Origin: Candidatus Latescibacterota bacterium
Lineage (GTDB): Bacteria > Latescibacterota > CBDEFO01
Reading direction: 5' to 3'
Assembly (NCBI GenBank): GCA_965237525.1
Contig: CBDEFO010000001.1
Location: 1 to 64,000 of the forward strand
Length of the DNA: 64,000 nucleotides
Shown: positions 51,999 through 62,139 of the stretch, in pieces
How the letters are laid out: each line of letters starts with the position of its first letter
Position numbering within the stretch: the stretch's first letter is position 1
Translations under genes and position numbers: made by a program
The notes under the pieces: generated by a model
What the model was told of the DNA's origin: nothing
Databases searched by the model: none
Seen by the model: the letters and a program-made list of their open reading frames with translations, nothing else

Positions 51999-53505
51999 TT
52001 AGTATCAACTCCATCTGTTTTGCGTTCTTTTTCTTTCTACCTATCTTTTTCGATTTCTTATCAGCCTCACGCTTTGCCTTCTCCTTTTTTATCCTTTCCA
52101 GAAGCACACTGGCTGGCTCATCACTTGGATCTTGGGGAGCAAGTTTACCTGAAAAAGCCCGCTTGAGAATGGACTGGCGCAGACGCTGGGCACGCTTAAG
52201 ATTGTCCTCGATAATAGCCTCCACCTCCTCAGCGATGGATAGACATCGTTCGACTTTTTCGACGATCTTGCGCTGTTCAACAAGAGGAGGGAGAGGAATA
52301 GGAATTTGACCAAATCTTGACGCTGAAACTTCCAAGAAAGTGGTTCCACTCCCGAAACTTTGCGCCAGTTCCTTACTCGCTTTCAGGTAATAAAACACAT
52401 ATTCGTTATAAAGACCTTGACTTAAGGTCAGATTCTTGAAACCTTGATTAGTTGAAATTGGATTAGCTGCAATTGCCACATATCCAATTGGTGCTCGAGA
52501 TGAGAAAAGTATGGTACCTTTCGGCAGCAACACAGCGGAAGATGAATTTAACCCCTTTTCCGAGAGATTTCTTTTACCGCGACTTATCAATTTAGCATTG
52601 AGATTAGAAAGATCAGCGGGTGTAACCCAGGGTATTTCTCCATTGAAATTATCTTCCTCTTTGGTAGAAGGTGTACCGCCAGCGGCTATAGAACCAACCT
52701 CCCCCAGCCTTGTCCAAACCCAGTTCTCTGGAAGCTGGGACAAATTCGAGGTATCGAGCGGCGGTAGCTCTTTATATTTCCCCTTTGCATTCTTTTTCCG
52801 TTCTTCTTCTATCCGTTCCAGCAACACTGACGCCGGCTCCAATTCCACTTCACAAGCCTCCCGCCATTCTTTCGTAAGTTTCCCTTCCACCGCCGCCTTA
52901 AGTACCGCTTGGCGATAGTGCTTTAGCTGGGCCTTTGCCTTCTTTAATGCTGCTACACCAGCATCCAGCTTGGTAAAAAGCTCTTCAATCTTGGCAACGA
53001 CCCGATGAAATTATCTTCCTCTTTGTTGAAGAAGAGGGGGAAGGGGGATCACAAACTCCTTAAGAATATTTCCGGTTATAGCATCAAAGGTTGTTCCTGT
53101 CTTTTTCCCCGTTAGATTATGCTCAAATGCACGCATTAAGTAAAGTATAAAGAATGTCTTAATTTCTCCTAGACCGCGAATAGCTGCAAGTCCTCTGCCT
53201 ATACACGATCTTTCTGGACATATGTTAGTTGGACCAACTGGAGCTCTAACGGAAATGAGCACATCTCCTTTTTCAGCTATTTTCTTAGGTTCTGTACACC
53301 ACTTTTGCGGAGAAGGATAGATATTGCCAAATTCTAATTTGCCCTGATAAAAAGGAAGACCATTCTCGTTTTCATTATAAGTTGATGACGGAGGAGATTG
53401 TCCAAGTACTATTTCCGCAACATCTCCCAATCTCGACGATACCCACCTTTTGGGAAGTGTTTGCAGGTTTTCTGTGCTCTGTCTGCTTTTTGAATTTTCG
53501 CTCAC
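51988..53505 (-). pseudogene. hsdS: Type I R-M specificity subunit HsdS, interrupted by an in-frame TAA (53011-53013)
   Basis: Two TRDs (GQSP...RAPVG; GGTPST...RAPIG), IPLPPL repeats, RQAVLKAAVEGKL and RQSILKRAFSGKL helices; both ORFs are in the same frame. Confidence 0.88.
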
Positions 53506-56258
53506 GCCGCCAACACCTCATTCAGATCTTCTAAAATACGGTCCAAATCCTGCCCAAAGAGTTGATAGACTTTAATCGCTCCACCTCTTTGGTTAAACGG
53601 CACAGATTGAAAGTCGTCTATACTTATCGAGAGCGAAGTAGCGATGTGGTCCTTTATCATCACAAGCCACTCTTTCTGCTCCGGCGTAAATGATTTCCGA
53701 ACTTTCTCCTGTTGTTCCATCCAGTCGTTAAATCTTCGGTTTACAGAGTCGGAAAATGGTTCAAGGAGACTACTTTCTCCAATTGCAAAACGCATGAGAG
53801 AGATAATATCAGTCAGAAGTTTTTCGGGGCCTGCCCCTCTTATCTTTGATTTTTCAAGCTGCTCGTAAGCCTTCCACAATACTTCTGGAGTAAGATTGTA
53901 AGGAGGCTTTTTTATTGTCGCTGCAAGCTGTTTGATCTCCTCGAAAGTGAAATGACGCTTGGAATAGGGCAAACTATATATAATCTGCAAAGCTGTAAGC
54001 TCGTCCTTGTTTTCCTCTATGAACCTTTTGAAAGTATCAACGATTGTCCTGGCTTTCTCTTTAGCCTGCTCATCAAATCCCGCCTGAGTCACAGTGTCTA
54101 TGCTTACTGTGTCTATGATCTGTTCGCTTCTTTTATTGAGGCCAATTAGTTTGTTTCTCAGTTCAGGATTATCGAAAGGAGCGCAGGCAATTTTGGCTAA
54201 CTGCTGGGAAGCCTCTTTAATCTTCTCTTCGGTCGGCGTTTCAGTATTGAAACTTTCCTTTGCTCTCTCAAATTCTTTATCTGGATCGCCTGTATCCAGC
54301 AGACCGTTGATTATGTGCTTTAGAGATTTGCCCTCCGCAGTCTCTTCAATCTCCTTCCTATCCTTTTCATCTATTTCTCTGTCGAGCCTTGCAAGTCTTC
54401 CTGCCAATGAGGTGCGCGTGTCTTCATCTCTGTCGCCTAAAGCTACGGACATTATAAGCTTGTCGAAGGGCACGCTCCTCTTGCTTTCCAAAGGTCGGGA
54501 ATCTGTCTTGTCATTTTCACACACGCCAATAGCATCCACAATCACAAAATGTGTTTTATGCAAAGCATCCGGAGTGACAGCCTTAATGTCTGTGTCAGAA
54601 ATAGTTCTGGTGCCGCGTCCCTTCATCTGCTCAAAGTAGACCCTTGATTTCACATCTCTCATAAAGATAATGCACTCTAACGGTCGAATATCCGTGCCAG
54701 TTGAAATCATATCTACTGTGACGGCTATCCGTGGGAAGTAGGCATTCCGAAAGCTGGCTATAAGATCTTCGGGTTTTTCACCCGTTGTCCGATAGGTAAT
54801 CTTCTTGCAGAAGTTATTCCCTTTGCTAAATTCATCTCGAACAATATGAACAATATCCTCTGCGTGAGAATCATCCTTGGCAAAAATAAGAGTTTTTGGC
54901 ACTTCTTTCCTGCCGGGAAATATTTCGGTAAAGAGCTTATCTTTGAACTTTTTTATCACTGTCCTTATCTGGTCGGGAGCTACCACGCTTCGATCCAATT
55001 GGGCAGAGGAATATTCCAAATCCTCTTTCAACTGTTCCCATCGTATTGCTCGTGTGAGCTTGTCCCTCTTATCTATATAATAATCCGCTTCAACATAGCT
55101 ACCTTCCTCAGTAATTTTAGTTCTTATTCTATAGACCTCGTAGCCGACATTCACACCATCTGCGACTGCCCGCTCGTGGCTGTATTCTGTAATAAGGTTC
55201 TGGTTGAAAAAGCCGAGGGTTTGCTTAGAAGGAGTGGCAGTCAATCCGATAATGAAGGCATCAAAATACTCGAGTACCTGTCTCCAGAGCTTGTAAATTG
55301 AGCGATGACACTCATCCGTAACAATAAAATCAAAGGTCTCTATCGGTATTTGAGGATTGTAAGAAACTTCCTTTGGTGCCCCCACTTCCTGAGGTGATAT
55401 TTCGAAAATGGAGTGTTCTTCGATCTCCTCATCAAATTCCGGCTCTCCTTTCAGCATGGAAAAGAGCCTTTGAATAGTGGTAATGCAAACCTTACTCACT
55501 GGATCAATGGTATTGGAGGTCAGATGCTGGACGTTGTAAAGCTCTGCAAACTTTCTACGGTCGTCAGGTGTGCTGTAATCTTGAAATTCACTTCTCGTCT
55601 GACGTCCCAGATTGTTCCTGTCAACTAAGAAAAGAATTCTCTTTGCATTTGCGAATTTTATCAGGCGATAAATAAAGCTCACAGAAGTATAAGTTTTCCC
55701 GCTTCCAGATGCCATCTGAATGAGCGATCTTTGTTTTGCCTGTGCAAAGGATTCTTCGAGTCCTTTAATGGCTTCGATCTGACATTCCCTTAGACCTTCC
55801 TCCCTAAGAGGAGGCAGTTCGGCCAGCCGTTTTCTAAGTGTATCTCCTTGTGAAAGCCATTCTTTAAGTGTTTCTGGCTTATGAAAGGCAAAAATCCTCC
55901 GAGACAGTGGCTGTGGATCCCTCAAATCTCTGAAAAACGTTTCAATACCTGTCGTATCATATGCAAATGGCAGTGGATCCTGGACTTGCGGTAGATCTTC
56001 GGGAATGTTCTTCAGATACTTCTGGGACTGTTCAGCTACACCGCTTAACGTGGTTCCCTCTGGCTTTGCCTCCACGACTCCGACGGCTTCTCTTTCCAAA
56101 AAAAGCAGATAATCCGCAGGTCCAGATTCAACAGGGAATTCTCGGACAGCCACACCCAGAGAAGCTCCAAGATTCAATTCTCGATAGTCCTGAATCTTCC
56201 AGCCCGCTGCTTCCAGTAATTCGTCAATCTTTTGTCTTGCTGTTTCTTCTGGTTTCAT
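53502..56258 (-). CDS. hsdR: Type I restriction endonuclease subunit R (EcoEI/EcoAI-like)
   Basis: ADY...VEAK nuclease, MASGSGKT, DECHRS, GLTATP, MISTGTD, QMKGRGTR. Confidence 0.92.
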   Translation of the reverse strand: MKPEETARQKIDELLEAAGWKIQDYRELNLGASLGVAVREFPVESGPADYLLFLEREAVGVVEAKPEGTTLSGVAEQSQKYLKNIPEDLPQVQDPLPFAYDTTGIETFFRDLRDPQPLSRRIFAFHKPETLKEWLSQGDTLRKRLAELPPLREEGLRECQIEAIKGLEESFAQAKQRSLIQMASGSGKTYTSVSFIYRLIKFANAKRILFLVDRNNLGRQTRSEFQDYSTPDDRRKFAELYNVQHLTSNTIDPVSKVCITTIQRLFSMLKGEPEFDEEIEEHSIFEISPQEVGAPKEVSYNPQIPIETFDFIVTDECHRSIYKLWRQVLEYFDAFIIGLTATPSKQTLGFFNQNLITEYSHERAVADGVNVGYEVYRIRTKITEEGSYVEADYYIDKRDKLTRAIRWEQLKEDLEYSSAQLDRSVVAPDQIRTVIKKFKDKLFTEIFPGRKEVPKTLIFAKDDSHAEDIVHIVRDEFSKGNNFCKKITYRTTGEKPEDLIASFRNAYFPRIAVTVDMISTGTDIRPLECIIFMRDVKSRVYFEQMKGRGTRTISDTDIKAVTPDALHKTHFVIVDAIGVCENDKTDSRPLESKRSVPFDKLIMSVALGDRDEDTRTSLAGRLARLDREIDEKDRKEIEETAEGKSLKHIINGLLDTGDPDKEFERAKESFNTETPTEEKIKEASQQLAKIACAPFDNPELRNKLIGLNKRSEQIIDTVSIDTVTQAGFDEQAKEKARTIVDTFKRFIEENKDELTALQIIYSLPYSKRHFTFEEIKQLAATIKKPPYNLTPEVLWKAYEQLEKSKIRGAGPEKLLTDIISLMRFAIGESSLLEPFSDSVNRRFNDWMEQQEKVRKSFTPEQKEWLVMIKDHIATSLSISIDDFQSVPFNQRGGAIKVYQLFGQDLDRILEDLNEVLAA

Positions 56259-56403
56259 ACCACCATAGATAGGCTTTTATGACTTGTGTACAGTGTCTTC
56301 AAAACTGATATAAAAAGCATACTATCCGCTTGTTGAGAACTCAACCCGACCCTGAGGATAAGAGTGGCGAGGTAAAAACTCCCGACAGGGAGATTGAGGC
56401 TAT

Positions 56404-56432
56404 ATAATAAGCATTTCTACGGCTTCCGTCAA
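56404..56432 (-). promoter_or_regulatory. Putative sigma70 promoter for hsdR
   Basis: TTGACG-17 bp-TATTAT on the minus strand. Confidence 0.55.
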
Positions 56433-56456
56433 GAATTTCTTTAATTGAGTTTTCTA

Positions 56457-56485
56457 TTGACTTCATGGTTTACATCGGTTATTAT
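56457..56485 (+). promoter_or_regulatory. Putative sigma70 promoter for the ABC substrate-binding gene
   Basis: TTGACT-17 bp-TATTAT. Confidence 0.55.
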
Positions 56486-56537
56486 TGCACAATAAACCGG
56501 CGATCATGAAACCTTGGAATAGAAAAAGAGGTAAAGG

Positions 56538-58163
56538 ATGTTTTGCACTCGTAAATGGTGTTTTTGGGTATTAGCTATTTTGATTTCAACCGGTTGTTCA
56601 GGGGATAAAACTTACACTCCCAAAAGTTTCCGCTACAGGTTGGGCACAGACCCGCCTACTCTGGACCCTGCTTATTCGACAGATACTTCCTCTGCGGCAA
56701 TTGTGCTGCATATATACGACGGTCTGGTTCGGTTCGACCCCGAGACGATGGACGTCATCCCGGCTGTTGCAGAAAGCTGGGAGATTTCAGAGGACGGTTT
56801 AGATTATGTATTTCATCTGAAAAGAGGTGTGAAGTTCCACAACAAAAGGGAGGTCAAGGCCGGGGATTTCAAGTATTCGTTTGAAAGAGTGCTGTCGCCA
56901 AAAACGGGGTCGCCGAGGACATGGGTGTTAGAGCCGATATTGGGGTCACTAGAGTTTATAGAGGGCAACGCAGATAACCTCTACGGCGTGAATGCCATTG
57001 ACGATTATACCCTTAAGATAAGTCTCGAAAAGCCGTTTGCGCCTTTTTTAGCTCAGCTGTGTATGGAGGCAGCCAGCGCTGTGCCAAAGGAAGAAGTAGA
57101 GCGCTGGGGTGGGGATTTCACATCGCATCCTGTAGGTTGCGGACCCTACAGATTTGTGGAATGGAATCACGACGTAAACGTAAAATTAGAGGCTTTTGAC
57201 GAGTACTATGACAGAGTTCCGCATTTAAAGAGCGTCGAGTATGTTGTGGTCCCTGACGTGAGTGTGGCGTACCAGAAGTACCTTGCAGGAGAATTGGATC
57301 TGCTAAATGAGATTCCGCCTGGGCAGTTGAAGGCGACAGTGGATCGGTATCCAGATGAGGTGGCGGTCTGGCCCGTGCTAACCATTTACTATTTAGGGTT
57401 CAATCACTCTAAGCCGCCCTTCAAGGATAATCTCAAGTTGAGACAGGCTATTTGCTATGCGATAGACAGAGAAAGTATCTGTCAGGTTATCCAGGAGGGA
57501 GCGGCTACTCCAGCTAAAGGAATACTCCCGCCGGGGATTCCGGGCCACGATCCGACAATAGAAGGATACGAGTTCGACCTGGACAGGGCAGAATCACTCC
57601 TTGAGGAGGCGGGTTATCCACAAGGGATGGGACTGCCGCAGATCACACTGTGGTACAATACGAACGAGCATCACGAAAGGATGGCTCAGTTCGTGCAGTC
57701 GAATCTGAAGAAGATAGGTGTGCAGGTGAAACTCAAAAATCTGGATTGGGCCGCGTATCTACAGGCGTGCGAGAACAATGAGCCGGAATTCTACAGGCTG
57801 GGTTGGGTAGCTGATTATCCAGATGCGGACAATTTTCTCTATATACTGCTTCATTCAAGCCAGACGGGAGCATCTGGCAATTACTCCCGTTACAGCAATC
57901 CCCATTTCGATAGACTCGTGGAAGACGCAAGGGTTACGTCCGATCCCCAAAAGCGAATAAGTCTGTATAAGGAGGCCGATCGTCTGGCCACAAGAGACGC
58001 CGCTTGGGCTGTGATCTACTATCAGTCGGAGCAGATGATGATCAAGCCGAAATGGAAGGGACTCGTTCTGCCTGCGCAGGGGGATTTTGTGATTCCGCTG
58101 GGTGACCTCTACTATGAGCCTTCGGTCGTATCTTCTTCTCTGGGACTTTCCCCTTCAAGATGA
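56538..58163 (+). CDS. ABC transporter substrate-binding lipoprotein, family 5 (peptide/nickel)
   Basis: Lipobox-like STGC, LDPA, AESWEIS.DGL.Y.FHL, PVGCGPY, GWVADYPD. Confidence 0.92.
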   Translation: MFCTRKWCFWVLAILISTGCSGDKTYTPKSFRYRLGTDPPTLDPAYSTDTSSAAIVLHIYDGLVRFDPETMDVIPAVAESWEISEDGLDYVFHLKRGVKFHNKREVKAGDFKYSFERVLSPKTGSPRTWVLEPILGSLEFIEGNADNLYGVNAIDDYTLKISLEKPFAPFLAQLCMEAASAVPKEEVERWGGDFTSHPVGCGPYRFVEWNHDVNVKLEAFDEYYDRVPHLKSVEYVVVPDVSVAYQKYLAGELDLLNEIPPGQLKATVDRYPDEVAVWPVLTIYYLGFNHSKPPFKDNLKLRQAICYAIDRESICQVIQEGAATPAKGILPPGIPGHDPTIEGYEFDLDRAESLLEEAGYPQGMGLPQITLWYNTNEHHERMAQFVQSNLKKIGVQVKLKNLDWAAYLQACENNEPEFYRLGWVADYPDADNFLYILLHSSQTGASGNYSRYSNPHFDRLVEDARVTSDPQKRISLYKEADRLATRDAAWAVIYYQSEQMMIKPKWKGLVLPAQGDFVIPLGDLYYEPSVVSSSLGLSPSR

Positions 58164-58462
58164 GCAATCCTGTTTTTTAGTGTCTCAAGTTCCTCCCTGA
58201 GGGCCTTGATCTCCCCCGCTTTCTCCTCTCCGGCGCCCCTTATGCTCGATGAGACCCTCTCTGCAGTTCTGCCGATGGTCTCTTTGAGTTCTTGTGCCTC
58301 TTTGACCATCTTATCCGTCATATCTACGACGAACTTCGCCTTTTCTCCCTCTGCCATCTCTCCTCTTTTGATGAGTTCATCGGCTACGGATTCGATCTTC
58401 TCTCTCACAATGGTGATAGCCCCTACTCCGGCGAGCATGGCCTTTTTAACCAGGTCCAGCAT
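58112..58462 (-). CDS. Phasin/PHA-granule-associated-like coiled-coil protein
   Basis: KKAMLAGVGA...EKIES..DELIKRGEM...E; GGAGG RBS; 3' end overlaps the convergent gene by 52 bp. Confidence 0.7.
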   Translation of the reverse strand: MLDLVKKAMLAGVGAITIVREKIESVADELIKRGEMAEGEKAKFVVDMTDKMVKEAQELKETIGRTAERVSSSIRGAGEEKAGEIKALREELETLKNRIAHLEGESPREEDTTEGS

Positions 58463-58484
58463 GATAACAACACCTCCTCAGACA

Positions 58485-58512
58485 AGTAGACAGTAGGTAG
58501 CAGACAGCAGAC
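58485..58512. repeat. Heptamer tandem repeat (AGYAGAC) x4
   Basis: agtagac agtaggt agcagac agcagac; shorter relatives near 2293, 6591, 32893 and 61223. Confidence 0.65.
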
Positions 58513-58542
58513 GGGATATCGTTCCCCCCTGTTTGCTGTCTA

Positions 58543-58586
58543 ACCCGATTGAATCTATCCCCGATTGAACCTATCGGAGATCGGGG
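58543..58586 (+). repeat. Self-nested 21-bp palindromic element (inner copy 58559-58579)
   Basis: ACCCGATTGAATCTAT[CCCCGATTGAACCTATCGGAG]ATCGGGG. Confidence 0.85.
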
Positions 58587-58652
58587 CTGCTTGCGTAGTC
58601 GTCTACCTAAGAATATATATCCATACTTTAGAATATGTCAATGGAAAAGAAT

Positions 58653-61216
58653 CTATCTAATCAGAACGGCTTTCTTTGTGGCTGTGAATCCGTCCTGTGT
58701 TTTGAGGCGGTAGAAGTATATGCCGGAGGCGAGCTGTCCTCCCCCATCGTCGAGGCCGTCCCAGGCTACGGTGTGCACACCGGATATTTGCTCCTGGTCC
58801 ACAAGGGTTCTTACCTTCTGTCCGAGAGCGTTGTAGACGGCAAGACGTACGTGCGTTCTCACTGGAAGTCCATATGTGATGGTAGTACGAGGGTTGAAGG
58901 GGTTGGGATAGTTCTGTTCGAGGGAGAAGTCTCGGGGAAGACTTGCGGTCTTATTCTCTTCTGCTATGTCTGTTCTAATAGGATTTTTCCTGATTGCTAT
59001 GCCTCTTGGACCTTCTCCTATCTCAAGCGTAGTTACGATTTCGTCCTGACCTGTACCAAGTATCACAATATTGTCCGAATCCTGATTGGAGACATAGACA
59101 GCCGTTCCATCGGGAGTCACTGCGACCCCCCGGGTATTGGTCCCCCCTGTTGGGATTGTCTTTTCGACTATGTCCAGCTGTGTGTCAATGACCACGATGT
59201 TTCCACCCTGGTAATCTGTCACGTAGGCTTTCCCGTCATTAGGTGAAATAGCGACTCCGAAGGAGGATTGCGCAGGAGTGATGTCTATTGTGGTAATAAC
59301 CGTATTGGTCTCCGTGTCAATTACCGATATGCCATCCCCCGTAAAGCTCGTAACGTAAGCCTTTTCTCCATCGGGAGTCACAGCAACCGAGCGAGGGCTG
59401 GGCACGACGGCTATTTGGCCAATGATTGTGTTTGACCTTGTGTCTATTACAGTGAGCGTGTTAAAGTTGATGTTGGTAACATAAAGGCGCGCATCGTCGG
59501 GTGAGATAGCGATCCCGAACGGACCCATCACATTGGTTATAGTATGGGATACTCTATCTGTCTTTGTATCTATGACCGATATGGAGTTCGAATCGGAGTT
59601 GTTGACGTAGACAAATCTGCTGTCGGATGTGGAGACGAGGTCAAGAGGAGAGCCTCCCACGGGAATGGTGGTTCTTACTCTATTTGTGGCAGTTTCTATC
59701 ACGCTTATGTTATCCGATTGGGAGTTGGATATATAGACCAGGCTGTCGTTGGGAGTGATAGCTATTCCGATCGGGTTGTCACCTACGGGTATGCGGGCGA
59801 CGTGGTTGTAGGAACCCGTGTCTATGATTGAGACGAGGTTGGAGCGTCTGACAGCTATGTAGGCAAGAGGTTCTCCTGTGGGGGGAAATATACGGTATTG
59901 AAAGGTCAGCTCTGGAGCCTGAGGGGGCAATGTGGATATGTTTCCGTCAGTATCCTCAGCAAGGATATAGTATCTTATCTGTGTTCCTGCAATTTGGGGA
60001 GGGATCTGTCCGCCAAAAATGTGGTCGTTGGATCGGAGCAGGGGTATTTCATCAAAGTCATCCTCCCCGTGGTGAAGAATAGCGAGGCGCTCTGTACACC
60101 TTCATCGTCTCGTATAGAGACGGTTACTGTGGCGCCCACTTGGTCGGAGTCCAGAATCCCTGCTACGTTGGAGAGGATGGAAACACCGCTGATCAGAGGA
60201 AGGCCAGGAAGGGTAAAGCCCGTTACAAAATCGATATTACCGATTTCACCTCCGGCTTCTACAGTTACTCGAAGGGCATCTTGGCTGTTCGGGACGTTGT
60301 CGAAGAATTCTCTCTCAAAGTCAGTGTCGAAGTTTTGAAAGATGCCTCCGAAGTTAGCATCTGTTATCGGCCCATCTACAGGAGATATGGAGACAAGATA
60401 CTGTCCCGGAGAAAGTCCAAAGATTATGTATTCGCCTGACCCTCTTCTTCCTGAAATTGCTCCGGAAAGAGTGCTTACTACAAAGCGTCCTGTAACGGGA
60501 TTAAGGGCGACGACGTTGGCTCCAAAGATGGGAGATCCATCGAACTGTGTGACTCTGCCTGATATAGTTCCTGTAGAGGAGAGAAACTGAGATGTTGGAT
60601 AGATGATAGAGACGCCTGCTATATCGTCGGGTTCCAATGTCCTGCCGAGGGTCTGGCCAGTGGCAGAACTGAACGGATTCATTGTGGGAGTAAACTGCGG
60701 AGAGCCTATAAGTCCTGTGTCGTCGAGTCCGAGGAAGTGCCCTATTTCGTGAGTGGCCGTATCTTCTACATCTATACCGCCTACCCCGTCGGTAGTGAAC
60801 GTAAAGTCTCTTCCGTTGAAAATTATATCGGCGTCTCGTAGAGCGCCACTGCTTAAGCTGGCCGAGTTTGTTCTGGTTATGGCTATGACGCCGCTTCCCC
60901 GTGGGGAACCGATGATGGACCCGGTCTCGTCGAAGAGGATAAGGTTGACCCGATCGTTTGAAGACGCAAATCTTTCAGTAAGGCCCTGATCTCTGAAAGA
61001 TATGAACGCTGTGGGAACATCCTGCCACGTTTTGAACGACCTCCTTATAGCTTCAAATGCGCCCTCGTCCCCAATGTCGTCAGACCCTCTGGAGTTGATG
61101 CTGTAGGGGACCCCGGCTTCGGCGTTGGACCAGAAGAAGTTCACATTTCTGCCCAATCCCGTCTCGAAGGTCTGTCTGACAAAAGCCTGGGAATTTTGCG
61201 TCAGCGCAAAGAGCAT
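58653..61216 (-). CDS. Secreted matrixin-like metzincin + carboxypeptidase-regulatory-like domain + YVTN beta-propeller + FlgD/sorting domain, split by a frameshift near 60066
   Basis: HEIGHFLGLDD and Met-turn PTMNP; adding one G at 60065-60068 reads TTGEDDFDEIPL...ISTLPPQAPE into the YVTN ORF; C-terminal QNYPNPFNP...SGIYFYRL. Confidence 0.8.
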
Positions 61217-61310
61217 AATGCAAGTAGACAGTAGACAGCGGTGACATCCTTTTCTTTTCCCTCATTTTGCAGTGGACGTTTTGCATAAGGTCTACTCCGG
61301 GATGGGCAAG

Positions 61311-61886
61311 CTATTTCCTAGGGTCGGTCTCAGAGTCAGCCTCTGTCCTGAGGATGGTCTGTATACTTTCTATGAGCTGATCAAGAGGGACAATGACTCT
61401 TTTGGCAGACGGGGATATTCTCGCTTCTTTCTTATCGTAGAGCGAGAGTCCATGAGGATCTGCGAACGTGATCTTTTTGCCGGAGATCTTGTCCTTTTGT
61501 ATGTGGAATTTGCCCTGCGAAAGTCCGACTACCCAGGGATATGCCGCATCGTCTTCAGATGAGAGAAACAGGAGCACTTCTTCATCGAGATTGAAATCAG
61601 GGACCCCAGGCACTATGGAGATTTCATCGCCTACCCTGCCTCCGGGATGTCGAACGGTGATGGAGTCGCCTGGTAAGTCGCCTTTGAGAACCTGATTGAC
61701 TTTAAAGGTAGCGTAGGTATAGATATTGTTGTCCTTGGGGTCAATTTCGGTCCGCTTCGAGAGACAGTGTCCTGTAATTATGGTCTGGGCAAGTTCGGAC
61801 ATTTCGGATATGTCGAGCTTCAGGACAGTCGTTGACCACGCAGGTTGTGCTATCAGTAGGCTGAGTATAACAAGCAAGATTGACAT
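61311..61886 (-). CDS. Secreted hypothetical protein upstream of the metzincin
   Basis: Signal peptide, PGGRVG, EEVLLFL, VVGLSQGKF. Confidence 0.75.
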   Translation of the reverse strand: MSILLVILSLLIAQPAWSTTVLKLDISEMSELAQTIITGHCLSKRTEIDPKDNNIYTYATFKVNQVLKGDLPGDSITVRHPGGRVGDEISIVPGVPDFNLDEEVLLFLSSEDDAAYPWVVGLSQGKFHIQKDKISGKKITFADPHGLSLYDKKEARISPSAKRVIVPLDQLIESIQTILRTEADSETDPRK

Positions 61887-61982
61887 TTGGCTCTCCCAAC
61901 AAAAGGGGGGATCATAATGCTACAAAGGCGCATAGACACCCCCGGTTTCAAGATGTTTGATCCGCTTTGGCTTAAGACGTAA

Positions 61983-62012
61983 ATTATAACAAAAAGATTC
62001 AACAAGAGTCAA
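61983..62012 (-). promoter_or_regulatory. Putative sigma70 promoter with extended -10
   Basis: TTGACT-18 bp-TATAAT with TG at the extended position. Confidence 0.55.
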
Positions 62013-62139
62013 AAAATAATTCTCACAGCGGAACTGTGATAGAAAAGCTATTATACTACTTAAGAGGTCATCCGCCTTTTACGTACTGCTCAAGCTTTTC
62101 TAGTAGGTACTATCGGGCTGTGCTCTTGAACACCTCTCA

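Noticed and set aside
61223..61236. Heptamer slippage as a phase switch for the metzincin signal peptide
   Set aside because: Only two units; a single-G correction near 61260 gives a better signal peptide (MRKRKGCHRCLLSTCIMLFAL...) and fits the indel pattern seen elsewhere.
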